In this document: piece by piece, positions 9,934-19,921 of the stretch
Position numbering within the stretch: the stretch's first letter is position 1
Layout: each line of letters opens with the position of its first letter
Assembly: GCF_011745625.1 (NCBI RefSeq)
Contig: NW_027191499.1
Location: forward strand, 107,271-127,270
DNA length: 20,000 bases
Direction of reading: 5' to 3'
From: Cladosporium halotolerans
Lineage: Eukaryota
Program-made: the position numbers and the translations under genes
The notes under the pieces: generated by a model
The model's input: the letters and a program-made list of their open reading frames with translations, nothing else
Database searches by the model: none
What the model was told of the DNA's origin: nothing

Positions 9934-10111
9934 TACCGCAGCGCTGCAGCAGCTAGATCCGCATCCGCGTTATCCCCAAGGCTGACCCCAGCGAAGGCCC
10001 GGGGATAATCTGAAGAGGCTGGCTGGTGCCGCTTAGATCCCGCTTGATCTCAAATACCTTACCTGGCGTCTGGTATGACGTGAGATTTGTATGCAGCAGT
10101 CCCCTGATCCG

Positions 10112-11573
10112 TCACCCGCGAAAGAACAGCGATGTTAAGAGACTATGTCGGTGCCAGATGGTTGCCGGTGCATTCGGTTTACATGACAAGTGGATTCTGA
10201 CGCTCAAAAATGACGCTCTTGTTTCAGATCTAGTGTCTGATACGACTGCCCAGTCAAACACTTTCGAAAGTAGATTACACCAGGGATTCTTGGATCGACT
10301 CGATTTCCAGGCTGGTATGTTCGCCTTACATGCGGTAGAAAAACGCAAAGAAGCTAGCATGGTGGGTTTATCGACAGTCTCCTCCGCCGTTTGCGTGTCT
10401 ACACCTGGACCGAAGATGATCGACTTGATTCCACGTCTTTCAACCACATTCTCGAATGCTTGCTGAGCGTCTTCGAACGCGTACTGATGCGTGACCATGC
10501 CGTGTAGATTGACCCTCCCGTCTTTAAGAAGGATAACTGCAAGCTGGTAGTCGCCGGGTCCATACCGAAAGCTGCCCTTGAACGTCGCTTCTTTGTCGCA
10601 AATATCGCCAACAGGAAAGCTGACTTTACGCGCGCCCAGTCCGACTTGGACAAACGTGCCGCCGCGCTCGAGCATCTGGACTCCGCAATCGATGCAGATC
10701 TCTGATCCTGTCGCATCCATCACGATAGAGGCGCCATTCTTAAGGCCATCAAGCCTTCGTAGCTGTGCAGACGTGTCTGTGGAACTCGCGCCCATTTCTG
10801 TATGATGGACGACTGTCGCGCCTTTGGCCAGCGCGAATCTAAGCCGACTCTCCACCACGTCTGATACGACAACCTTGCTTGCGCCAAAGGCTTTGGCAAC
10901 GGAACAGCAGAGCTGGCCGATGGGGCCTGCCCCAAATATCAGCACAGATCGCCCTTGCATGTCCCCAGCCTGACGACATGCGTGGACTGCGATGCTGAGA
11001 GGCTCGACCAGGGCGCCGTCTTGTAGAGAAACCTCCGGAGGCAATTTATAGCAGCATTCTTGTGGTAGACAATAATATCTGGCCAAGGTGCCGTCATGCG
11101 GTGGAGTCGCGGCAAATCGCATCGATGAGCAGAGATTGTAGCGCCCTGAGCGGCAGCTGGAGCAATTGCCGCAGGAGATGCCGGGTTCCATCGCGACTCT
11201 GTCGCCCACTGTGAGGTCATGCGCTTCGGGTCCGCAGGACGTTACGATTCCGGAGGATTCATGGCCGAGTACTAGTGGGCTCTCGACTTTGTAAGGTCCG
11301 ACTTGACCATGCTGCCAGTAGTGGATCTGCGCTCGATGTCAGGAAACTGCTATGAGACACCACATCCAAGCATTTACATCTGAGCCACACAGGCCTGTTG
11401 CAATAACGCGGACGACTACATCTCGTGGGGTTTTGATGCACGGTGCTGCCCTGCTTTCGAACTTGAAGGTTCTGTCTCTGCCGAGCACGAAAGAGATATT
11501 GTCCTGGCCACAATTAGCGAAAGTCCTTGGCGTCTGAGGAGAGCACGAACTAGTTGTGTCAAACGACTGTCAT
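10112..11573 (-). CDS. Zn-dependent medium-chain polyol dehydrogenase (xylitol/sorbitol dehydrogenase family); exons ~11573-11565, 11503-11378, 11326-10112
   Basis: Motifs: TGLCGSD|IHYWQHG, LVLGHESSG, GDRVAMEPG, the structural Zn site CGNCSSCRSGRYNLC, FAATPPHDGTL, GALVEPLSIAVH, Rossmann FGAGPIG, GSFRYGPGDY. Intron 11327-11377 is clear. The first exon and its donor are ambiguous, and the C-terminal ~90 aa are atypical. Confidence 0.88.
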
Positions 11574-12232
11574 GATGAAAGAGAGAGTATCATGCCGTTC
11601 CAACCTCGTCTGAACGTGGAGATAGTGCACCTCATTATATTGCCTTTGTCGACGTGCCTGGATCCATGAACGGTTCCGTTATCCAGATAGATTCGGAAGC
11701 TTAAGCCTTTCTTACTAGTTGAATGCACAGTCGTCTACTAGTAGCGGTGACGAAGCCGGCAGCTGCTAGTTAACGTCGGACTGTTCATTTCGGTTTCTGC
11801 GACTGCGACGCTGGAGATGCGCACATCTTCTCCGTCGGAACCGAGTGGATTTCTCAAAGTCTCCAGCGGAAGCGTGGATCCTCGCTGCGGTTCCGCCGGA
11901 ACCGGTCGCGTCACCACCGGCAAAAAGTCGTGGAGGCTCCGCGAGGCTTGGCACACGAAAGCTTGGCTCGCTTGACCCTCTGCAGGTTCACTCCTCACCC
12001 CCCCACAATACGGTAACCCGCGCGACAGATGCGGTGGGTCAGCAACATGATTCACCCGCTTAGCCCATGGTTTGCCCCATGGAGAATGGGTCCCCGGGGT
12101 GGAGAGAGCTGGATAATCGGGGCCTCACGGCGTAGCTATAATAGCCGCGACTCCCCTCATGGGATTGTGCAGCGTCTGATCAACACGTTCATATCTTAAT
12201 GGTCAAGAGCCGGAAAGGCATTTCAGCTCGAC
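11574..12232. promoter_or_regulatory. Divergent promoter with four CGG-WW-CCG sites, CreA-type SYGGRG sites, one GGCTAA and TATA-like elements
   Basis: cggttccg at 11671-11678 and 11888-11895; cggaaccg at 11836-11843 and 11897-11904; ttagcc (reverse complement GGCTAA) at 12060-12065; ccgggg/gtggag at ~12094-12104; tataat at 12137-12142. Confidence 0.55.
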
Positions 12233-14061
12233 ATGGCAGGGACAAAAAAGCCATACTTTGGTCTGAGAGGGACTGCTCTCACGGCCTGGCTGACGGTGGC
12301 ATGCGCAACAGACATGACATTGTTCGGATATGATCAAGGCGTCTTCAGTGAGTTGATGGCGTGCCTGAGCTTGATCGAGAGCAGAAAGCTGATGTGAAAT
12401 TCTCTCAGGCGGCGTCATCGTCTCGGACGACTTTCTCCGGCTACATAGCATCGCTGGCCAATCTGAACTCATCAGCATCACCACCGCAATCTACAACATT
12501 GGCTGCTTTCTGGGCGCCATCGCCGCCGCCATTTATGGAGATCACCTCGGACGCAAGCGTACAATCATCATCGGTACCACGATCATGGCCATCGGAGCAG
12601 CCCTGCAGACAACGTCGTACTCTCTGGCGCAGATGATTGTTGGCAGGATCGTCGCTGGCATCGGCAACGGCTTGAACACTTCCACTGCTCCGGTGTGGCA
12701 GGCAGACTCTGCAAAATCTAGCTGGCGCGGCTTCCTGGTCGTTGTAGAGTGCGTGATGAACATTGTAGGGTTTTGCGCGGTCAACTGGATAAGTATGCGC
12801 ACCTTTCCTTCCTGTGACCCAATACAATGAGTACTGACAGCATGAAGATTACGGCATGTCGTTCGCTGGAGGCAGTGCGGCGTGGAGAGTACCCCTAGCG
12901 ATCCAATTCGTCTTCATCGTCATACTATTTGCGACGGTACCCTGGTTGCCCGAATCACCGAGGTATTATCATGCCAATTTCGCTTCCATGCCCACTCCGG
13001 TGATTGAGACTGACTAACGACCATAGATGGCTCATGGGCCGCGACCGAGAGATAGAAGCCACCGAAATCGTCGCACTCATCGAAGATCGGGAGATCGATG
13101 ACCCGGTAGTCGTTCTTCTGGTTGCAGACATGAGATGGGCCGTAGAGTACGAACGAGAGAACGCACCCACATGGCGAGAGCTATTCAGTGGCAAAACGTC
13201 ATCAAAAGGTGGCACTGGCACTTTGCAGCGCGCGTTCCTCGGCATTGCCTGCTTTGCAATGCAGCAAGGGACTGGCATCAACGTCACCAGCTACTACTTG
13301 CCGACTTTGCTGATCGAATCAGTCAACCTTGGCAACGAGACGTCAAGGCTCTTGACAGCCTGCAATTCGGTGCAGTATCTCTTTTTCACTGCGCTCGCGC
13401 TAGTGTTTGTCGAGAGACTCGGAAGGCGGAGAATGCTGATCACCGGCGCCGCCGGGCAGGCGATCTCTTTCGTTCTGATTGCCGCACTCCTCTCCCAGAG
13501 CGAAATGGCCACCACCGATGCTGAACGAGAAGTGTGGGCATCGGCATCCATCGCATTCTTCTTCTCGTTCTTTTCGTTCTTCGGATTCGGCTGGATGGGC
13601 TGCTCTTGGCTATATCCCACCGAAATTGTGTCACTGGCCATGCGCGCCAAAGCCACGGGAATAGGTGTTGCGACGAATTGGATAATCAACTTCATGGGTG
13701 CGTATAGCCAATGCTGTACAGCTTTTCGAGGAGAAAACAATACTAACACTTCATAGTCGTGCTCGTCACCCCGATTGGTATCGACAATATCGGCTGGAAA
13801 TTCTACATCATCTGGGCCATCTTGAACGCCTGCTTCGTCCCAATCATCTATCTCTTCTATCCTGAAACGGCGAACCGACGCCTCGAGGACATTGACCGGT
13901 ATTTTGCCGAAGGTCAGCATGTGATCGTCTGTTTCGACAAGGAGGCCACGTCCAGCAAGCGTCCAGAAAGATTCGCAATTCAGGAGGCAAACGACATGCA
14001 AAAGCACCAGTCGGACGACTTTTTGGAGAAGCCCCGCCAGGAGTCTATACATGTGGAATAA
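12233..14061 (+). CDS. MFS sugar porter (STL1-like sugar/polyol:H+ symporter); exons 12233-12347, 12409-12792, 12848-12962, 13027-13697, 13757-14061
   Basis: Motifs: MAGTKKPYFGLRG...LFGYDQGVF|SG, GDHLGRKR, GRIVAGIGNG, WRVPLAIQ, PESPR|WL, QQGTGINVTSYY, VERLGRR, WLYPTEI, YPETANRRLEDID. Four GT-AG introns with CTRAY branch sites. Confidence 0.93.
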
Positions 14062-14371
14062 TGAGGCTCTTTGGGTGAAAAGTGCATTCCACAGCACATC
14101 TGCTGTCGACCTCCCCCCGGACGCCTACTCAAGCTGCGCGATTCTCAACTGTGGATGCGCCGACGTCAAGACCCATGATTCTTGAGAGCGCGCAACTCGG
14201 CCATTACTGCAGGGCCGGTGTGTATAACGTATGAATAGGAAGGCATAGAATACCGTTGAATGTGAATGAATCGTCTCGCGGACGCGAGGTCGGTCAGGCT
14301 TGCTAGCTTGCCACTTCAATTTGTTGAGCCTCGAAAGAGACAACGTCAGCTATCGATTCGCCCCGCTGATC

Positions 14372-16913
14372 TCACCACGCGCCATCGCCACTTCTGCTGC
14401 CAGTCCCATAGTCGCAATCCCACATCGGGTCCCAGAACCAGTAAAAGCCGTTACTGGCGTCAGCTGAGCCCGTACTCCACTCACTGGAAACTGTAGCGGC
14501 GCCCATGTCGAACTGTGGCAGCTCGCCTACGTTGTCAAAAGCGCGTGTATCACCAAGAAAGTTTGTTAAGTCTGCAGCCAATGCCGGGCCATGAATGTTT
14601 TCTGCTTCTGCATGCTGTGAATCTAGAAACGCAGGGATAGTGAACGCTGAGAAAGGTCAGCTAGGTCATATTGCGATCGGGTTTCTCGCCTACCTCGCTG
14701 GACAGAAGCTAAGCCATCGTTAAATCGTGAGTGAGGTTGCGAAGGTGCAACCTCCGTTGATGATGAACTGTTGCGTGGCAAAGTAGAAGTCAGACTTCCC
14801 AGCGGCATCTCTAGCGTCTCCCGAACTGAAGCATATGAGGGGTGAGGGTGCGCTTCATTGGCATTTTCGGAAACGGTATCAGGCTCCCAGGTGACGTCAA
14901 GCAACATGGCTTCAGATTCTCTACGCGACAAGAGTAAGACAAGGTCTCGCAAGACGATGATACTTCGCTTCGATAGACTGGATCGAGCACCGAGGGCTCC
15001 CTGCAGCCTGTAGATGCGAGCGATGGCTCTTTTGGCCTCTTGCGCTGCGTTGGTCAAAGGATCTGACAAAGCGATGACTATCATCACGATTGCAGCATTG
15101 AAGAGATTGATAGCCAGAAAAGCGACAAGGTGGCCGTCGCAAGCAAGTTCAGTGAGCCGAGGCAACTGGACCACGCTAGTTGTCCTCGCGGCGGCCTTCC
15201 ACCATTGCTCCTGACTGCTGTGGCCCGGTAAAACCACATCTTCTTCCGGAGGTGACGATCTGGCAGGCCATGTCGACTCCTGCGGTTGGGCGTCTCGAAG
15301 GCCGGAGACGCCGAGCCCGTGATCTCCACCAAGCCCATGACTTTGCAGTACCTCCATTTGCGGCCTGAGGAATGGTCGGTGTAGGATGATGAGCAGGCTG
15401 TCGAATGTCAAATGCAATGAAAGCGATTGCAGGTAATGTGCTTTCCGACCAAAGTCAAGTGAAGGAGGACAATCCTCGGATGTGTCGAGTGATAGGTCAC
15501 TCGGCAAGCCATGCCGCCACTGCCACAGCCGAGACGTCACCTCCTCTACCAAGAGGAGGTACTCGTGAGCTTTGGAGCAAGTTGTGGTCTTGGTAGGTCT
15601 GTAAACCTGCTTGATCGCTGGAGACGCTATTAGGTAAAGTTTGTTCAATTCCCTCTGGTAGGCGGAGAAGCAAATTGGAGCAGCACCTGAGCCCTCTTCA
15701 TTCTTGAAGTCGATGGTTTCTTCAACATCTCCAGGCATCGACACGCTGCAATCGTCGTCGTGGATGCTCACAGGGCGGCCATAGGTGACCGAGGAAAACC
15801 GGTCCCATGTATAAACAGTCCACCACACACGCTTCCGTTCTTCTTGCTCCGCATCTGACACACTAGTAGATTCCTTGTGTAGTCCAGCTGCATGCGCCGA
15901 TTTTATGGTCGCGCCCAGCAATGAGAAAGAGAGGTTCGGCCGTCCATGGTATACAAAGAATGAGCCGAGCAAGATCAATGTTTGCACCGCTGTCACTGAG
16001 CTCTGGTCCAAAAGCTCTACGATTTGTGACTCGGCATTGGCAATGAGTCTCCCGCTCCACGACCGCGACTCTGCAGGCGTTGGCTGCTCCGACGTATGCT
16101 GTCTTTGCCCACGATACCAGGCGCCTAGCCCGAGCACTACCGACAACAACAAGAGGAACGGACGCTGAGAGGGCCGCGCGCGTCCTGTGCGTATTGAATC
16201 GAAGGCGGGCCGGAAGCGAGGTTCATAGATGACCAACGAGAACCAGTGCACAGAGTTGAAGTACTCCTCCAGGAAAGCGATCATAACTTCATCCGAGGGT
16301 AGGTCATGGGTGAGGTAAGACGAGGCTGCTCGCTGGCCGGCCACGGTATCCGACCCTCTGTTGTCCCGCTCCCTTGCTCTTGATGCATGGCCGGTAGGCT
16401 TGCGCCCTTCGTCCACTGTTCGTGTCGGGGTATTCTAGTCCGTCTCAGCCTCTCATGGTATGTATGATTGCTCGTCCGTCAATGCCCATCACCTCTTGTG
16501 CAGGTCGCGCGCTCCGGTTCCCGTTGCGACCGACGTCCGTACTTGACTCGCTCGGTAGGAAGGAGCTCTCGTCATGACTGCGGCGCCTGCGTTTCCTGCG
16601 GCCCTCGGACTCATCCTCGACTGTTCGCGCATTCGCTCCCGGTAGTCGCCTTTGGACGGTATTGTCGACTCTACTGTTGGAGCTGGAAATAGAAGGACGA
16701 CTTGTGTTTGCGCAATGAGCATTTGCGCGTAGACATAGTGAGCATGGTCGGAACGAATCACACTGTTGTACTCGGGTCAATGTCCTAGAATTGTGAAGCT
16801 TCTGTGAACCGAGCGTCGGCGGTCACAGTCATTATACGTACCCGAGACTTGTTCCGCCGGCAACGGTCGCAAGCTGCAGTAACTCGTGTCGGTAGCATAC
16901 GGTGGGAATCCAT
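14372..16913 (-). CDS. Zn2Cys6 binuclear-cluster transcription factor with a Fungal_trans (MHR) domain; exons 16913-16842, 16762-~16493, ~16434-14694, 14646-14372
   Basis: MDSHRMLPTRVTAACDRCRRNKSR|CDSFRPCSLCLRANAHC (6 Cys, split by intron 16763-16841). The middle homology region reads FLEEYFNSVHWFSLVIYEPRF ... GLHKE ... EERKRVWWTVYTWDRFSSVTYGRP. The acidic/aromatic C-terminus (GFYWFWDPMWD) is joined via intron 14647-14693. The second intron has a weak donor (GTGATG). Confidence 0.9.
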
Positions 16914-16959
16914 TGCTAGGTATACTCGAGGATATCTTCGAGTTGGTTTCGCTCGGCGA

Positions 16960-17400
16960 TCTCTACACTACTAGTATGTACTAGTAAATACTAAACCCCA
17001 AACGATAACTTGTAAGCCAAATTTTGGCTTAAGGCATAATTAACCGCACTCCTTTTTATTTAGAAATATGATCTCGAATAGTTTCAATACTCCTATAATA
17101 TAGCTTCTATAAGTTTTTTTTATACTAACGAGAATTCTATAATTAAGATACAATTTTAATAGGATATATTCTTAACTACATTTATAGCTATTAAGCTACA
17201 AGGAAGACTTTATTATAATCTAGATTATAATAAAGCATACTAGTATATCTTGAAAATATAAGTTAGCTTTCGTTCTTACTTAGATAGGAATTATATTATT
17301 ACTAATCTCACTAATTCTAGATAACTCTGAAAATTATAAGTACTAAAATACTACTAGTAAATTTAAGTATATATACGCTTAAGCACTCTAGTAATTTGCT
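16960..17400. repeat. AT-rich RIP-like island (probable repeat/TE relic) between the two TF genes
   Basis: Abrupt shift to TpA-rich, CpA/TpG-poor sequence. No recognisable ORF or paired TIRs. It contains the 19-bp palindrome taagccaaa-t-tttggctta at 17013-17031. Confidence 0.65.
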
Positions 17401-18583
17401 TGAGTAGCTTCTTAGTATCCGCCGGCCGTAAAATCCCCTGATTAGAGCCAAATCCATTATACTCGTCTATTACGCTCTCCAAAATCTCAATCTGATCACT
17501 AGAGAGTATGCTAGGCTCTTCGAGGCCTTGATCTTCGTGTAAACCAAGCACATGCTCCATCCGGTCCACTAAGTAATGCAAGTGGTTGCAATAGAATATA
17601 CCTTGGGCGCAGGACGTCTTCAGAGACCCGTCTTGGGGCATAAGGTCAGGCATCTCGTTCGGAGGTCCAAGATCGGTTCTTTCAATTCGTTCTACCAACC
17701 TGTCAATCATGAACTCGTATATGTAGAGAAGCCGGCTGAAGACGCTTGTTATGCCCGCAGCTAGAGGGGGCGAAAGGTGTCCCGAAAGAGATTGCGGCAG
17801 TCGAGCCATCCCAGAATGCAATCTCTGATGGGTGCTTCTCAATTGGTATTCGGCGTTGAGAATGCTAAGTTGCAGACGCTCTAGAATTTGCAAGAACGAT
17901 TCCGATGTCATCATCACGAAGTTCGCGAGCGTGCTGTTGTCCAGGAACAGCGGACTGTCTCGATAGACGATCGCATCGAAATCCAGCGTTTGCATCATCG
18001 ATACTATCATGGCGCCGCGGGTCTGTAACTCGGAATACAATCTGCCAAGTTTGGCCTCATCATCCTCGAAGATGTGAAATTTTGATGAGCTCGGGACCTC
18101 AACAGACGTGTTGCGTGAAGATTGGTGTGTACTTTTCCAAGGATAAATTTGAAGCGCACTCGCTTCTTCAGAGGTCTCGTTCACATCCATGGGGAGCAGT
18201 GAAAAGTCATTGTTCACCTCGGGGTCCGCTGCAGATATTGGAGAAAGTTCTGTAATCTCGACAATTGGCGGAGAAGATTGCGCTGGCGCGATGTTGTCCG
18301 CGCCGAGGAGGAACATTGAATTGGTCGACTCATGGACGTGTCCCTCGCGTTGACGAAAGGCTTTCTTCGCGCATTGGCCCTTTGGTCTTACACGCTTGGA
18401 TTGAGGGCGCGATGTCGAGGTTCTCGGGCGACCGACCGACTTTCGCTCTCCGATGTAGCAATGTGTATCGAGCATCATACAACGCGCACATTTTGAATCA
18501 TGTGGTCGGATGCGTTGGCAGCGCGTTTTGTGTTTTTTGCATACCTCGCAGGAAGTGCGTCTTTGCGAAGGGTGGACGTTCAT
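17363..18583 (-). CDS. Zn2Cys6 transcription factor (short type, no evident Fungal_trans domain), apparently intronless
   Basis: From ATG 18583: MNVHPSQRRTSCEVCKKHKTRCQRIRPHDSKCARCMMLDTHC..SVGRPR (C-x2-C-x6-C-x9-C-x2-C-x6-C), in an open ~406-aa frame. The final codons are TpA-enriched. Confidence 0.85.
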   Translation of the reverse strand: MNVHPSQRRTSCEVCKKHKTRCQRIRPHDSKCARCMMLDTHCYIGERKSVGRPRTSTSRPQSKRVRPKGQCAKKAFRQREGHVHESTNSMFLLGADNIAPAQSSPPIVEITELSPISAADPEVNNDFSLLPMDVNETSEEASALQIYPWKSTHQSSRNTSVEVPSSSKFHIFEDDEAKLGRLYSELQTRGAMIVSMMQTLDFDAIVYRDSPLFLDNSTLANFVMMTSESFLQILERLQLSILNAEYQLRSTHQRLHSGMARLPQSLSGHLSPPLAAGITSVFSRLLYIYEFMIDRLVERIERTDLGPPNEMPDLMPQDGSLKTSCAQGIFYCNHLHYLVDRMEHVLGLHEDQGLEEPSILSSDQIEILESVIDEYNGFGSNQGILRPADTKKLLKQITRVLKRIYT

Positions 18584-19161
18584 GGCGCCAGGCCGATGAC
18601 GGATTTGCCTCAACGTGCGTCGAAGGATTGTGGGTGATAGTGTGCAGCGGCATGCTCGCTGTGATGATAGTCAGGTGCTACGGCCGAGACGAAGTTGGAC
18701 CGTGCAAAAATGTCCAGGCGTCGGAGGGTTTCTCCTCCTTGGGGTAGCGCCCTTGCAAAGTCAAATTACCGACCAGTAATCGCGAACCATGACGAGCAAA
18801 GCGGGCCCTGTGGCATTAATGATTAGTGAACATCGTCGTTGCCCAGCCCCAAGGTGGCCTGTGTCTGGAGTAAGCCTTATTAATCCTCAGTAATAAGACA
18901 CATCGAGGGCGTCATTATCCTACGTGCTTTCGTAATGACATTCTGCCATTCGTTGCTTTAGCAATGCGGCTGGTTGTGGGCACCACGCCGTCGGCGATGA
19001 TAGCATTGTAAAATCGTGGATCCTTCATTACACTCTGCCAGCTTGCGCTTAGAAGGACATGTCGGTTTCGAGCGCCTTGGTGTGGCTTTACTGATATCTG
19101 GGCCACAATCTTATGACAATGATAACCTATTAATACAATCTCTATGTGTATTGCGCCTCAC

Positions 19162-19921
19162 TCATGACTCCGCCTTCTTCGTCTGCTTCGTTCTCAGCTT
19201 CATCATCAGATAGACCAGCCCATAGATGCCGAACACGAAGAGCACAACAATGCCGGCGTTTCTCCAGCCGTAAGACTTTTCAGCAATATCGAGGGTGCGA
19301 AGGTAATCTGCTCCGCTCGTGTATTGACACACTCGACAGTCTGCGGTGTCGTTCGGGTTCAGAAGATTTGTCGCCGCTCCCATCCCGCTCTGGTAAGGTC
19401 CGAGATATTCGCCGCATGTTTGGCCAGGTGCTGGGTCAAACAGCGCGAGTTCATTCGGTTTGCAGTCAACAGGTTTGTCCCAAGTCGTGAAAACCATGAG
19501 ACATGACATGAGGTAGTTGAATGGGTCGAGATAGTACAGCCTAGATTTGATATGATGTTAGATGATTCTTTCGCGATCTTGTGTAAGCATCTTGTAACTC
19601 ACCAATATCTCCAGAAAGCCTGTATTTGGCTGTATGGGACCACGACGCCACAGAAAGACACCAGAGTGACAATCACGAGGGGATTTATCAGCGAGGCCAC
19701 AACAGCGTTTGGCGTGTATGCGGCAATTGATTGTCCTATCCCTGTGTAGAGCAGCTCGTACATCACCTGTGGATAGATTAGCGGCCGCGTTCGGCAAGAA
19801 GGTCAGAACAATGAGAGCTTACAATGGCGAAAAACACACTGCCGGCGGAGTATGCTGAAGTGTTCAAACCGGGCGCGAAGTACCAGCAGACGTAATACAA
19901 GCAGACTTCTGCACAACCAAG
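19162..19921 (-). CDS. 3' portion of a PDR/ABCG-type ABC transporter (end of TMD2); exons ~19921-19823, 19766-19603, 19540-19162; probably interrupted upstream
   Basis: Reads [118 protein letters not shown], typical of a fungal PDR C-terminus. Introns 19767-19822 and 19541-19602 are GT-AG. Confidence 0.88.

Noticed and set aside
13294..14097. 267-aa minus-strand ORF
   Set aside because: Antisense to the sugar transporter; no motifs of its own.
14623..14693. ORF-track C-terminus of the TF (GRRETRSQYDL...SLRF)
   Set aside because: Read-through of intron 14647-14693 (GTAGGC...CTGAC...CAG). The true last exon extends to 14372.
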